Assembly (NCBI GenBank): GCA_039921525.1
Contig: JBDSBP010000575.1
Coordinates: 4,712 to 68,711, forward strand
Direction: 5' to 3'
Length of the DNA: 64,000 bases
From: Chitinophagaceae bacterium
Lineage (GTDB): Bacteria > Bacteroidota > Bacteroidia > Chitinophagales > Chitinophagaceae
Part shown: positions 1 through 9,064 of the stretch, piece after piece
Layout of the letters: each line of letters opens with the position of its first letter
Numbering within the stretch: the stretch's first letter is position 1
Translations under genes and position numbers: made by a program
The notes under the pieces: generated by a model
Database searches by the model: none
What the model was told of the DNA's origin: nothing
What the model saw: the letters and a program-made list of their open reading frames with translations, nothing else

Positions 1-17
1 GGGATTGAATTGTGAGT

Positions 18-181
18 GGCTATCAGCCGTCAGCTGTCAGCAATCGGCTTTCAGCTAGATCAACAGGTTTGAAAGCTTCATCCATTTTAAATTGAAGTAA
101 ATCTTCTCTCTTACTTACATGTTTAAACTAAAAGAAGTTTATCCACAACAGGTACAAACTGAAAGCTGACAGCTGATAGCC
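18..181. repeat. inverted pair of GATAGCY/RGCTATC heptamer arrays flanking a core of about 100 bp (element A)
   Basis: Left arm is GGCTATC AGCCGTC AGCTGTC AGCAATC GGCTTTC AGCTAGA (18-59). Right arm is GAAAGCT GACAGCT GATAGCC (161-181). Confidence 0.85.
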
Positions 182-182
182 G

Positions 183-1532
183 CTACTTGAACAACCTGAA
201 AATATCCAGCCCCAACGCATACGCCGTCAGTCCCAAAAGTAAAATCATTCCTGCCATCTGCGCGTACTCTATAAATTTATCACTGGGTTTGCGGCCGCTG
301 ATCATTTCATAAAGTGTGAATAAAGCATGACCACCATCCAACGCCGGGATCGGCAGGATATTCATCAAGGCCAACACCAGGGAAAAGAAAGCGGTTAACC
401 CCCAAAAAGTTTCCCAATCCCATTGTGGAGGAAACATGTTTCCAATGCTTATCACACTGCCCAGCGACTCAGAAGTCTTTACTTTTTTTGAGAAGATTAA
501 TTTCAGTTGCAGCCAGTATTCTTGTAACGTTTGAATGCTTTTATCGAACCCAGCAGGTATAGCCTCTAGAAATGTGTAATGAATGGTTTTAATGTTTACA
601 GGGGTGTCTTTTATAATAGGAAGAATACCAAGCGTTCCTTCATTTGATATAAGTGCTTTCTTACTCAGCGTATCGTTTCCCCTAACCACCGTCATAGCAA
701 CTTCCTTGTTTTTGTTCCTGGGCACTTCTCGCTGGAAACTACTATAAAATTTGGTATCTGTACCGTTAAAGGAAACGATCTTGTCATTTTTCACCAGCCC
801 GGCTTTGTCTGCCGGTGAACCTTTTACAACAGAATCTATGCCTTCAAATGGAAATCGAACCGAAATAAACCGGATCGCTTTATAACGGATCAGGTTACCC
901 GCAAAATCATCCGGAATAGGGATATCTAACTTTTGACCATCTCTGTCTACCTGGAATGATTTGGCATTTTTTAAAATTACTTCCAGAGGTATCCTTCTAA
1001 ATTTTTCTACGTATTTTCCATCTACACTTAATATCTGGTCACCATCTCTCAAGCCGATGCTTTGTGCCAGCGAGTCAGTAGCAATACCGTATTTTAATTG
1101 ATTGGTTGGTTCATAAGAATCTCCGTAGTACCATAAGATCATCGCATAAATAAAGAAGCCAAGTACCAGATTCACAAAAACACCCCCCACCATAATGATC
1201 AACCGCTGCCAGGCTGGTTTACTCCTGAACTCGTAAGGCTGAGGCGGCAATTTCATCGCGTCCTTATCCATGCTTTCATCTATCATTCCTGATATCTTCA
1301 CATAACCACCAAAGGGTATCCAGCCAAGGCCATATTCTGTTTCACCAATCTTTTTTTTCGCCAGGGAAAACCATGGGTTAAAGAAAAGATAAAACTTTTC
1401 TACCCTGCATTTAAAGAATTTCGCAGGTAAAAAATGCCCCATTTCATGTAACACTACAATAATCGAAAATGATAAAATGAACTCTGCGGCTTTAACACCT
1501 ACTTCTGACCAATTGATTAATAATAACATCAT
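183..1532 (-). CDS. rseP: RIP (site-2) zinc metalloprotease, M50 family
   Basis: 449-aa ORF. It has the HEMGHF zinc motif in the first TM helix, a central PDZ-like region and the C-terminal NILPIPALDGGH motif. It sits beside dxr, a common synteny. Confidence 0.9.
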   Translation of the reverse strand: MMLLLINWSEVGVKAAEFILSFSIIVVLHEMGHFLPAKFFKCRVEKFYLFFNPWFSLAKKKIGETEYGLGWIPFGGYVKISGMIDESMDKDAMKLPPQPYEFRSKPAWQRLIIMVGGVFVNLVLGFFIYAMILWYYGDSYEPTNQLKYGIATDSLAQSIGLRDGDQILSVDGKYVEKFRRIPLEVILKNAKSFQVDRDGQKLDIPIPDDFAGNLIRYKAIRFISVRFPFEGIDSVVKGSPADKAGLVKNDKIVSFNGTDTKFYSSFQREVPRNKNKEVAMTVVRGNDTLSKKALISNEGTLGILPIIKDTPVNIKTIHYTFLEAIPAGFDKSIQTLQEYWLQLKLIFSKKVKTSESLGSVISIGNMFPPQWDWETFWGLTAFFSLVLALMNILPIPALDGGHALFTLYEMISGRKPSDKFIEYAQMAGMILLLGLTAYALGLDIFRLFK

Positions 1533-1701
1533 AATTCCTGTTCCGTCAATCGACGCACTCGTATTTGGGTTAAAAATATCAGCTACCTATTATCAGAAAA
1601 AAAATCAACAACCATTTCAATGGTTCCAAATGCAAACAATAACAGCCATTCAGCCAAACTGTTCAGGCATCCCGGTAACAGTCACCAACCCGTTATCAAA
1701 C

Positions 1702-1733
1702 TTAACAATTAACAATTAATAATTAACCATTAT
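1702..1733. repeat. tandem heptamer array, TTAAYAA/TTAATKG family (solo)
   Basis: TTAACAA TTAACAA TTAATAA TTAACCA TTAT, ending 3 nt from the dxr stop codon. Confidence 0.8.
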
Positions 1734-1735
1734 CC

Positions 1736-2905
1736 TTACATATGTATCAAAGAGGCGGCAAAGGTACGTGCCTCCCCATCGGTTTCAAAATATTCCTCCA
1801 GTGTCGGATTCTGAATGAAAGGCATTTTATCCATCGTTCTTTCCACCAAATCAGTCATATCCATAAAGCCGATTCTGTTACGTAAAAAAGCGAATACAGC
1901 TATCTCATTTGCAGCATTCAGAATACAAGGCAGGTTACCGCCTTTAAACAATGCAGTTGTTGCCAGCGTAAGGTTTCGGAATGTTTTAATATCAGGTTCC
2001 TCAAATGAAAGTGTATTGGGCTTTTTGAAATCGTACCGGGGGAATTTATTGGGGACGCGATGCGGATAGGCTAATGCATACTGGATCGGCAATTTCATAT
2101 CCGGCAAACCCATCTGCGACTTGATGCTTCCATCTTCAAACATCACCATACTATGTATAATGCTCTGAGGATGAATAACCACCTGAACCTGCGCTGGTTC
2201 AAGGTTAAATAGCCATTTGGCCTCGATCATCTCCAATCCCTTGTTCATTAACGTGGCAGAATCTATTGTAACTTTTGCCCCCATCGCCCAGTTGGGATGC
2301 TGCAGGGCATGGTCTCGCTTCACATTTACCAGGAAGTTGGGTTTCTTTCCCAGGAACGGACCACCGGATGCTGTCAGAATAACTTTTTCAATCCGGTTCC
2401 TGCTTTCCCCGATCATGCACTGAAATATGGCGGAATGTTCAGAATCCACCGGGATGATCGGTACGCGGTTCTCTACAGCTTTTGCCATCACGGCCGCCCC
2501 GGCCACTACCAAGGTTTCTTTATTCGCTAATGCAATGATCTTATTAATTTCTATTGCCTTCAGCGTAGGTCTCAAACCGGCAAATCCAACAATTGCTGCC
2601 AGCATAAGATCGTAACAATCAATTGCAGCCACATCTTCCAATGCTTTTTCACCGGCAAAAACCTTGGTATCGATGGAAGACAGCGCTTCCTTCACTTTAA
2701 GATATTTTTTCTCATCTCCAATTACAACAATGTTCGGCTTGAATTTCAGTGCTTGTTGCACCAGCAATTCATCATTTCCCTGGGCGGTTAAAATTTCTGC
2801 AGAAAACTTATCCGGATTAGCCGCTATTACCTGCAATGCCTGCGTTCCAATAGAACCCGTTGACCCGAATACAGCTATGCGTTTGAGATGGTTAGAACCC
2901 GTCAT
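1736..2905 (-). CDS. dxr: 1-deoxy-D-xylulose-5-phosphate reductoisomerase
   Basis: GSTGSIGTQAL NADPH-binding motif, then SEHSAIFQC and NKGLE motifs. The ORF track starts at 2953, but the ATG at 2903-2905 (MTGSNHLKRIAVFGSTGSIG) gives the usual short N-terminus. Confidence 0.9.
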   Translation of the reverse strand: MTGSNHLKRIAVFGSTGSIGTQALQVIAANPDKFSAEILTAQGNDELLVQQALKFKPNIVVIGDEKKYLKVKEALSSIDTKVFAGEKALEDVAAIDCYDLMLAAIVGFAGLRPTLKAIEINKIIALANKETLVVAGAAVMAKAVENRVPIIPVDSEHSAIFQCMIGESRNRIEKVILTASGGPFLGKKPNFLVNVKRDHALQHPNWAMGAKVTIDSATLMNKGLEMIEAKWLFNLEPAQVQVVIHPQSIIHSMVMFEDGSIKSQMGLPDMKLPIQYALAYPHRVPNKFPRYDFKKPNTLSFEEPDIKTFRNLTLATTALFKGGNLPCILNAANEIAVFAFLRNRIGFMDMTDLVERTMDKMPFIQNPTLEEYFETDGEARTFAASLIHM

Positions 2906-3112
2906 GTACGAAATAAATTTAATGTGCCGAACTTTAGAATATCTATTAAACATCGTTGCGTCGCACTCTTGTACGGTAGTACTCCACGCAACGCTTTACA
3001 GATCATTACTATCGCTATGTGAACAGGACAATAGGTTTGCAAAGAAATATCAAGCATCTGCACACCATTATTACTCTCTTCCCCAGCGTAAAATCACAAA
3101 CAAGTTTGCAAT

Positions 3113-4444
3113 TTAGCTTAATAATTGGTCTAAAGCACTATGCACCTTGCTAAAATTAAACCGATCCACAACGGCCTGCATCATGCGGGAGATTTGATCG
3201 TTTTGTAAATTTCCAATTGACCCTTCATGCGTATGATTAACACTAATAGAATAGGTGAAATCCCCATTTTCTATATCCTGACCTATTTTTTTATAAGCAT
3301 CTCTGAAGGGTACACCCTGGACTACCATTTTATTAACTTCTTCCACGCTAAAAAGAAATTTATATTTATCATCCTGTAGTATATCCTTTTTTACTTCAAT
3401 ATTAGTTAACATCAGTATGGCCATCCTGATACAAGATTGCATGTTCTCAAATGCAGGTATCAAATGCTCCTTTAAAAGCTGCAGATCCCGTTGATAGCCA
3501 GAGGGAAGGTTGGTAGTCATCAACATAATCTCGTTTGGAAGTGCCTGCAGGCGATTGCAATGAGCACGTATCAATTCAAAAACATCCGGGTTTTTTTTAT
3601 GGGGCATTATGCTGCTGCCCGTGGTCAGCTCGTCGGGAAAAGATATGAAAGAAAAATTCTGATTAAGGTATAAACAGGCATCCATACTAAGTCGCGAGAG
3701 TGTGGCGGCAATATTGGCAATCGCCGATGTTACAATTCTTTCCGATTTGCCTCTTCCCATCTGCGCATATACCACATTATAATTGAGATCGTCAAAGCCC
3801 AATAATTCCGTAGTCATTCTGCGATTGATAGGAAAGGAAGAGCCATAACCCGCTGCCGAACCTAACGGATTTTTATTCACCACTTCCCATGCCGCATACA
3901 ATGTTACACAATCATCCACCAGGCTTTCGGCATACGCACCAAACCACAATCCAAAAGATGACGGCATAGCTAGTTGCAAATGTGTATAACCGGGAAACAA
4001 GTGGTGCTTGTATTTTTCGCTCTGGTTTATCAACAGGATGAATAATTCCTTTGCAGATTCTACCAGGTGTTCAATTTCAAACCGCAGGTATAATTTTAAG
4101 TCCACCAGCACCTGGTCATTCCGCGATCTTGCACTGTGAATCTTTTTCCCGGTATCTCCTAACTTCTGAGTTAGCAAGAACTCTACCTGCGAATGCACAT
4201 CCTCCACACCTTCTTCTAAAGTGAATTCTCCTTTTTCTACCTGACGGTAAATTTCTTTTAAAGCAGCTTGCAATAATGCCAATTCTTCTGTAGTCAGCAA
4301 CCCAACAGATTCAAGCATTTGAATATGAGCAAGTGAACCCAACACATCAAAAGGTGCGAGATGAATATCCAACTCACGGTCTTTACCTACGGTAAACTTC
4401 TCTACCTCATAAAGCGAGGCTTTATCTTTTTGCCAGATTTTCAT
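3113..4444 (-). CDS. argH: argininosuccinate lyase
   Basis: Fumarate-lyase signature GSSIMPHKKNPD, 443 aa, last gene of the arg operon. Confidence 0.92.
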   Translation of the reverse strand: MKIWQKDKASLYEVEKFTVGKDRELDIHLAPFDVLGSLAHIQMLESVGLLTTEELALLQAALKEIYRQVEKGEFTLEEGVEDVHSQVEFLLTQKLGDTGKKIHSARSRNDQVLVDLKLYLRFEIEHLVESAKELFILLINQSEKYKHHLFPGYTHLQLAMPSSFGLWFGAYAESLVDDCVTLYAAWEVVNKNPLGSAAGYGSSFPINRRMTTELLGFDDLNYNVVYAQMGRGKSERIVTSAIANIAATLSRLSMDACLYLNQNFSFISFPDELTTGSSIMPHKKNPDVFELIRAHCNRLQALPNEIMLMTTNLPSGYQRDLQLLKEHLIPAFENMQSCIRMAILMLTNIEVKKDILQDDKYKFLFSVEEVNKMVVQGVPFRDAYKKIGQDIENGDFTYSISVNHTHEGSIGNLQNDQISRMMQAVVDRFNFSKVHSALDQLLS

Positions 4445-4549
4445 AATTCGTTTAATTGCCTAATGAAGATTTAATATCGTTTAAAGAGAATATCGTCTCT
4501 TTGTGTTTCTTCGTGCCCCTGGTACCTTAATGGCTTAAATAGCCAGAAC

Positions 4550-5614
4550 CTAGATTACCTTTTCCAACATCCCTATATACGTCTCGATACCCTGCCTGAT
4601 TTCGTGAAGATAAATATATTCATCGGCAGTATGACTTCTTGCACTATCACCCGGTCCGCATTTTAATGATGGCGCGGGAATAAGTGCCTGGTCTGAAGTG
4701 GTAGGAGATCCAAATGTTTTTTTACCCAAACTGATTCCCGCCTTAACAAGTGGATGGGCCTCATCAATTTTAGAGGCACGCATCCGCAAACTCCTTGGCT
4801 TAATATCGGCACTTACATGCTGTTTGATGGTTTCCATTATTTCTTCATGTGTATAAGCATCTGTTACTCGGATATCCACTACAAATTGGCATTGTGCCGG
4901 CACAACATTATGCGCCTTATTTTCGGTATTTATAACCGTTACACTCATCTTAACCGGACCTAAAGAAACCGACACTTTAGGGAAAGTATAGTTTCGAAAC
5001 CAGTTGATATCATCCAATGCTTTGTAAATGGCATTCTCTCCTTCCTCCCTTGCCGCATGCCCTGCTCTGCCATTTGAAATACAATCTAATACCAGTAACC
5101 CCTTTTCGGAAACGGCCAGGTTGGTTAAAGTAGGTTCACCAACAATGGCGCAATCAATCGCGGGCAAAAATGGTAAGATGGCTTCAATGCCGTTTTTCCC
5201 TGAAATTTCTTCTTCTGCTGTAGCAGCCAGTGCAAGGTTATACCTTAGATCGGCCCGGTCATTGAAATGCAAAAAAGCCAGTATCAGGCTTACGAGTGGC
5301 CCCCCGGCATCGTTACTTCCCAGCCCATAAAGCCTACCGTCTTCTATAACAGGTTGAAAAGGATCTCTTGTATACAGTGCATTGGGGTTAACCGTATCAT
5401 GATGTGAATTCAACAATATGGTGGGTTTAACCGGATCAAAATATTTATTTATGCACCAGACATTATTCAGATGGCGCTTTGCAGATATATTGTTTTTCTT
5501 AAAAAATTCTTCCAGGATGATAGCAGTTTTATCTTCTTCGCGACTGAATGAAGGCGTAGCGATGAGTTCTTTCAATAGTTCAACAGCGGTGTTATAATTT
5601 TTTTCGATGCTCAT
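4550..5614 (-). CDS. argE: M20-family deacylase (ArgE-type; acetylornithine deacetylase or succinyl-citrulline desuccinylase)
   Basis: M20 peptidase metal-ligand motifs (LNSHHDTV, GSNDAGG, EEE) and operon context. Confidence 0.8.
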   Translation of the reverse strand: MSIEKNYNTAVELLKELIATPSFSREEDKTAIILEEFFKKNNISAKRHLNNVWCINKYFDPVKPTILLNSHHDTVNPNALYTRDPFQPVIEDGRLYGLGSNDAGGPLVSLILAFLHFNDRADLRYNLALAATAEEEISGKNGIEAILPFLPAIDCAIVGEPTLTNLAVSEKGLLVLDCISNGRAGHAAREEGENAIYKALDDINWFRNYTFPKVSVSLGPVKMSVTVINTENKAHNVVPAQCQFVVDIRVTDAYTHEEIMETIKQHVSADIKPRSLRMRASKIDEAHPLVKAGISLGKKTFGSPTTSDQALIPAPSLKCGPGDSARSHTADEYIYLHEIRQGIETYIGMLEKVI

Positions 5615-5690
5615 TAATTAAATGAATGCTCTTAAAAGAATGTTTAAAAAACGTTGGATCCGCAACTGATTGTAGTTTAAACGTTGAACG

Positions 5691-6479
5691 TTAAACTATC
5701 AAAGTTCCCTTTACATTGTCCGTAATATTTTGTAGCAAATCCCTGGCATCCCCAATAAGTACTTCTTTTACACCTGCGTTTATAGCGGCAAAAGCATTAT
5801 CTATCTTGGGAAGAATTCCTTCAAACAATTTTTTCGCTCCCAGTAACTCAGCATAGATATCTTTTGTGATCAAAGTCAGGACTGAATTTTCATCCTCCAC
5901 ATTCTCCAATACGCCCGCTTTCTCAAAACAATATAATAGTCTAACATTATAAATTTTCGATAAAACGATAGCCAGGGATGAAGCAATGGTGTCTGCATTG
6001 GTATTAAGCATATGTCCCTTGCTGTCATGTGTTAAAGGAGCGACTATCGGAATTAAATTATTTTCCAGGAACAGTTGCCAAGGATCTATTGACAACGCCG
6101 CCTTGTTTACGTCACCAACAAAACCATAGTCAATATCCTTTACAGGCCTTTTACTGGCGGGTATTACGTTAGCATCAGCGCCCGTTAACCCGATGGCATT
6201 ACAATTGTAACCCTGCAGCAACGCAACGATCTTTTTATTTACGAGGCCACCATAAACCATCGTTACCAGGTCGATGGTAAACGCGTCGGTGATCCTTCTG
6301 CCATTTATATAATTAGATGTAATTCCTAACTGATCCCCGATTTTGGTAGCAATCTTGCCCCCGCCATGCACTAAAATTTTAGCTGCATTAATAGCGGCAA
6401 AATCCATGAGAAATGATTGCAGGAATGAATCATTATCAATTACATTCCCTCCAATTTTTATGATAAATAATTGTTTCAT
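5691..6479 (-). CDS. argB: acetylglutamate kinase family (amino-acid kinase)
   Basis: IIKIGGNVI N-terminus, VHGGG motif, amino-acid kinase fold, operon context. Confidence 0.9.
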   Translation of the reverse strand: MKQLFIIKIGGNVIDNDSFLQSFLMDFAAINAAKILVHGGGKIATKIGDQLGITSNYINGRRITDAFTIDLVTMVYGGLVNKKIVALLQGYNCNAIGLTGADANVIPASKRPVKDIDYGFVGDVNKAALSIDPWQLFLENNLIPIVAPLTHDSKGHMLNTNADTIASSLAIVLSKIYNVRLLYCFEKAGVLENVEDENSVLTLITKDIYAELLGAKKLFEGILPKIDNAFAAINAGVKEVLIGDARDLLQNITDNVKGTLIV

Positions 6480-6510
6480 TTGAAAGTAAGTTCACCCATT
6501 CGGTGAAGGC

Positions 6511-6545
6511 ATTCGTAATTCGTAATTAATAATTAGTAATTAAAG
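6511..6545. repeat. tandem heptamer array, ATTCGTA family
   Basis: ATTCGTA ATTCGTA ATTAATA ATTAGTA ATTAAAG. Contains the argF' stop codon (6540-6542). Confidence 0.85.
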
Positions 6546-7493
6546 TGAGCGAAGTATTTCTGCCAGCACCGCCTGGGCGGCCCACGCCCGGTTACCTGCC
6601 TGTTGTGTAACCAGGCTATTCTTGCTATCCAGTACTTCATCACTCAGTTCCACGTTTCTTCTTACCGGCAGGCAGTGCATTACCCGGGCGTTGTTTGTTA
6701 ATTTAATTTTTTCTTCCGTTAACATCCATTCGGGGTCGGTAGTATATATCTTGCCGTAATCGTTGTAGGTGCTCCAGTTCTTTACATAAACATAATCGGC
6801 ATCCATCAACGCTGCATCCTGATCGTGGGTAATTGTTGCACCCTTGGTAAATTTTTCAGACAGTTCATATTCTTCCGGGTGTGTTATCACGAAATCAGAT
6901 TCTCCCCATGCATTGATCCATTGCGCAAATGAGTTGGCCACGCACTGTGGCAGCGGTTTCACATGCGGTGCCCAGGAGAGTACAATTTTGGGCTTCCGCT
7001 TTACTGCGAAGGTTTCTTTGATTGTAATAATATCTGTCAGGCTTTGTAACGGATGCAGTGTAGCGCTTTCCAGGCTTACTATAGGAACACCGGCAAATTG
7101 CAGGAAGGAATTCATCACCATTTCACTATAATCGTCTTCCCTGTTTTTTAGGGAGGGAAAAGTTCGGATGCAGAGTATATCAAAGTATTGACCCAGTACC
7201 GGCGCAGCATCTTTAACATGTTACACCGTATTACCACTCATGATTGCGCCTTCTTCAAACTCAAGGGCCCAACCTTCCTTATCAATATTAAACACAATGG
7301 TTTCCATTCCAAGATTCCTGGAAGCCACCTGTGTGCTTAAACGGGTACGCAAAGAAGGATTGAGAAATAATAACCCGATACGTTTATCACCGCCCAGCAT
7401 TCTGTCTGAAAAAGGATCACTCTTATAAGCCAGGGCTTTTTCAACCAGTGCATCTATATTATCAATGTCGTTAACCGAAATGAAATTTTTCAA
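6540..7493 (-). pseudogene. argF': N-succinyl/N-acetyl-ornithine carbamoyltransferase (argF') interrupted by one in-frame TAA at 7221-7223
   Basis: Track ORFs 7221..7493 and 6540..7121 share one frame (7493-7121=372). I translated the 99 nt between them codon by codon. They read HVKDAAPVLGQYFDILCIRTFPSLKNREDDYSE with no other stop. The joined 317-aa product carries SLRTRLS, HPLQ and HCLPVRR motifs. Confidence 0.8.
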
Positions 7494-7502
7494 TGGCGGA
7501 AG

Positions 7503-7850
7503 TTAATTGTTAATGGTTAATGATTAATGGTTAATGGTTAATGATTAATTGATTAACGGTTCGTATTATTATCTGTCTTGATTCATAAAAATATTATTCT
7601 CTTCACTTTAATCATTAAAGATTAATTGTCGTATAGCATTTAATAGGCAACACTTTTTTAGCATGTATTTGATCATTTGGAATATGTTTATTTTCTTTTA
7701 AATGCTCTCCCCCTTGCGGATTTGGGTGAATTAAAGAAAATAAATATACACGCGAACAGAGGCGAAAAAGTATTACCTATGTGCTACCATCTATCAATTA
7801 ACAATTAACAATTAACCATTAACCATTAACAATTAACCATTAACCATTAT
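7503..7850. repeat. 348-bp element: inverted 8-unit TTAATKG / CMATTAA heptamer arrays flanking a 236-bp core
   Basis: Arms at 7503-7558 and 7795-7850. Together they fill the argD-argF' intergenic spacer. Confidence 0.9.
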
Positions 7851-8973
7851 ACTTCAGCTCTTTCTCCAGTGCCTCTAAAAAAATATCGGCCTCTACTTTT
7901 GTAGTGTTCAGTGCCGGCAGCAAACGTATTACATTAGGTTTGGATTCACCCGTAAATATTTTATGCCTGAACAAAAGATTTTTCTTAACCTGTTTAAACT
8001 CATCAGGCAAATCAATGCCAATCATCAATCCCCTCCCTCTCACTTCCCTTATGTTTGGCAACTTCTTCAGTTCAGTCATTAAATAATTACCCGTTTCCAG
8101 GGCCTTTTGCATTAGCTTGTCCTGTTCAATTATTTCAAGGACAGCCAATGCGGCGGCACATGCGAGGTGATTGCCTCCAAAGGTAGTACCCAACATGTAA
8201 TGTTTGGGCTGAATTTTAGGAGCAATGGAAATACCAGCTACCGGGAAACCATTACCCATTCCCTTTGCCATTGTATAAATATCCGCATTGATACCACTAT
8301 AGTCGTGCGAATAGAATTTGCCACTTCTTCCATATCCACATTGTACGGAATCAGCAACAAATACTGTATTGTATAGATCACATAAATGACGGATCTTCCG
8401 CAAAAAAGAGTCAGTGGCCACATTTATACCACCCACACCCTGTATACCTTCTATAATAACAGCGGCAATTTCATATTGAGAAAACGCCTCTTCCAACGCT
8501 GCCTCATCATTAAACGGAAGAAATACTACATTATCAGTTTGATTAACCGGCGCCACCAGGGAAGGATTATCCGTTACCGCTACAGCCAGGGAAGTTCTTC
8601 CATGAAAAGCTTTGGTAAATGAAATAACCTTTTTCCTTCCATTATAAAAAGATGCAAGCTTCAAAGCATTTTCGGTGGCTTCGGCTCCTGAATTACATAA
8701 AAACAACTGGAAGTCTTCTTTCCCCGAAACAACTCCCAGTTTGTTCGCCAGCTCAACCTGTAGTGGAATATGAACGGAATTAGAATAAAACCCTACTTTA
8801 TGAAGCTGATCTTCCAGGCGTTTAACATAATGCGGGTGTGTATGACCGATAGAGATAACGGCATGCCCGCCGTAAAGGTCTAAATATTTTTCTCCTTTTT
8901 CATCCCAAACATAAGAACCTTGAGCCTTCTCTATTGTGATGTCGTTGATGGGATATACGTCGAATAGTTTCAT
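7840..8973 (-). CDS. argD: acetyl/succinyl-ornithine aminotransferase (class III PLP)
   Basis: Class III aminotransferase motifs and a PLP-lysine context (TMAKGMGNG); operon context. Confidence 0.9.
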   Translation of the reverse strand: MKLFDVYPINDITIEKAQGSYVWDEKGEKYLDLYGGHAVISIGHTHPHYVKRLEDQLHKVGFYSNSVHIPLQVELANKLGVVSGKEDFQLFLCNSGAEATENALKLASFYNGRKKVISFTKAFHGRTSLAVAVTDNPSLVAPVNQTDNVVFLPFNDEAALEEAFSQYEIAAVIIEGIQGVGGINVATDSFLRKIRHLCDLYNTVFVADSVQCGYGRSGKFYSHDYSGINADIYTMAKGMGNGFPVAGISIAPKIQPKHYMLGTTFGGNHLACAAALAVLEIIEQDKLMQKALETGNYLMTELKKLPNIREVRGRGLMIGIDLPDEFKQVKKNLLFRHKIFTGESKPNVIRLLPALNTTKVEADIFLEALEKELKYNG

Positions 8974-8989
8974 GTTAATTTGATTAGGT

Positions 8990-9024
8990 GTGAGATCAGG
9001 TAGGAGGTATGAGGTATGAGGGAA
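8990..9024. repeat. tandem heptamer array, GAGGTAT family (degenerate)
   Basis: GTGAGAT CAGGTAG GAGGTAT GAGGTAT GAGGGAA in the argC-argD spacer. Confidence 0.7.
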
Positions 9025-9064
9025 GGCTATTCAAAAATCAATGTCCGATCTTGAATATTTTCTC

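Noticed and set aside
1477-1719. 80-aa plus-strand ORF between rseP and dxr
   Set aside because: It overlaps the rseP start on the opposite strand and runs into the heptamer array. It is low-complexity Asn/Ile/Gln-rich, with no support.
2664-3116. 150-aa plus-strand ORF, plus the other short ORFs at 1815-2615
   Set aside because: All are antisense to dxr, whose motifs are unambiguous.
7503-7850. Whether the repeat arrays (here and at 12445, 15358, 37411 and 44253) are CRISPR arrays
   Set aside because: The period is 7 bp with no unique spacers between units. The arrays are 20-70 bp long and no cas genes are present. They are tandem heptamers, not CRISPR.
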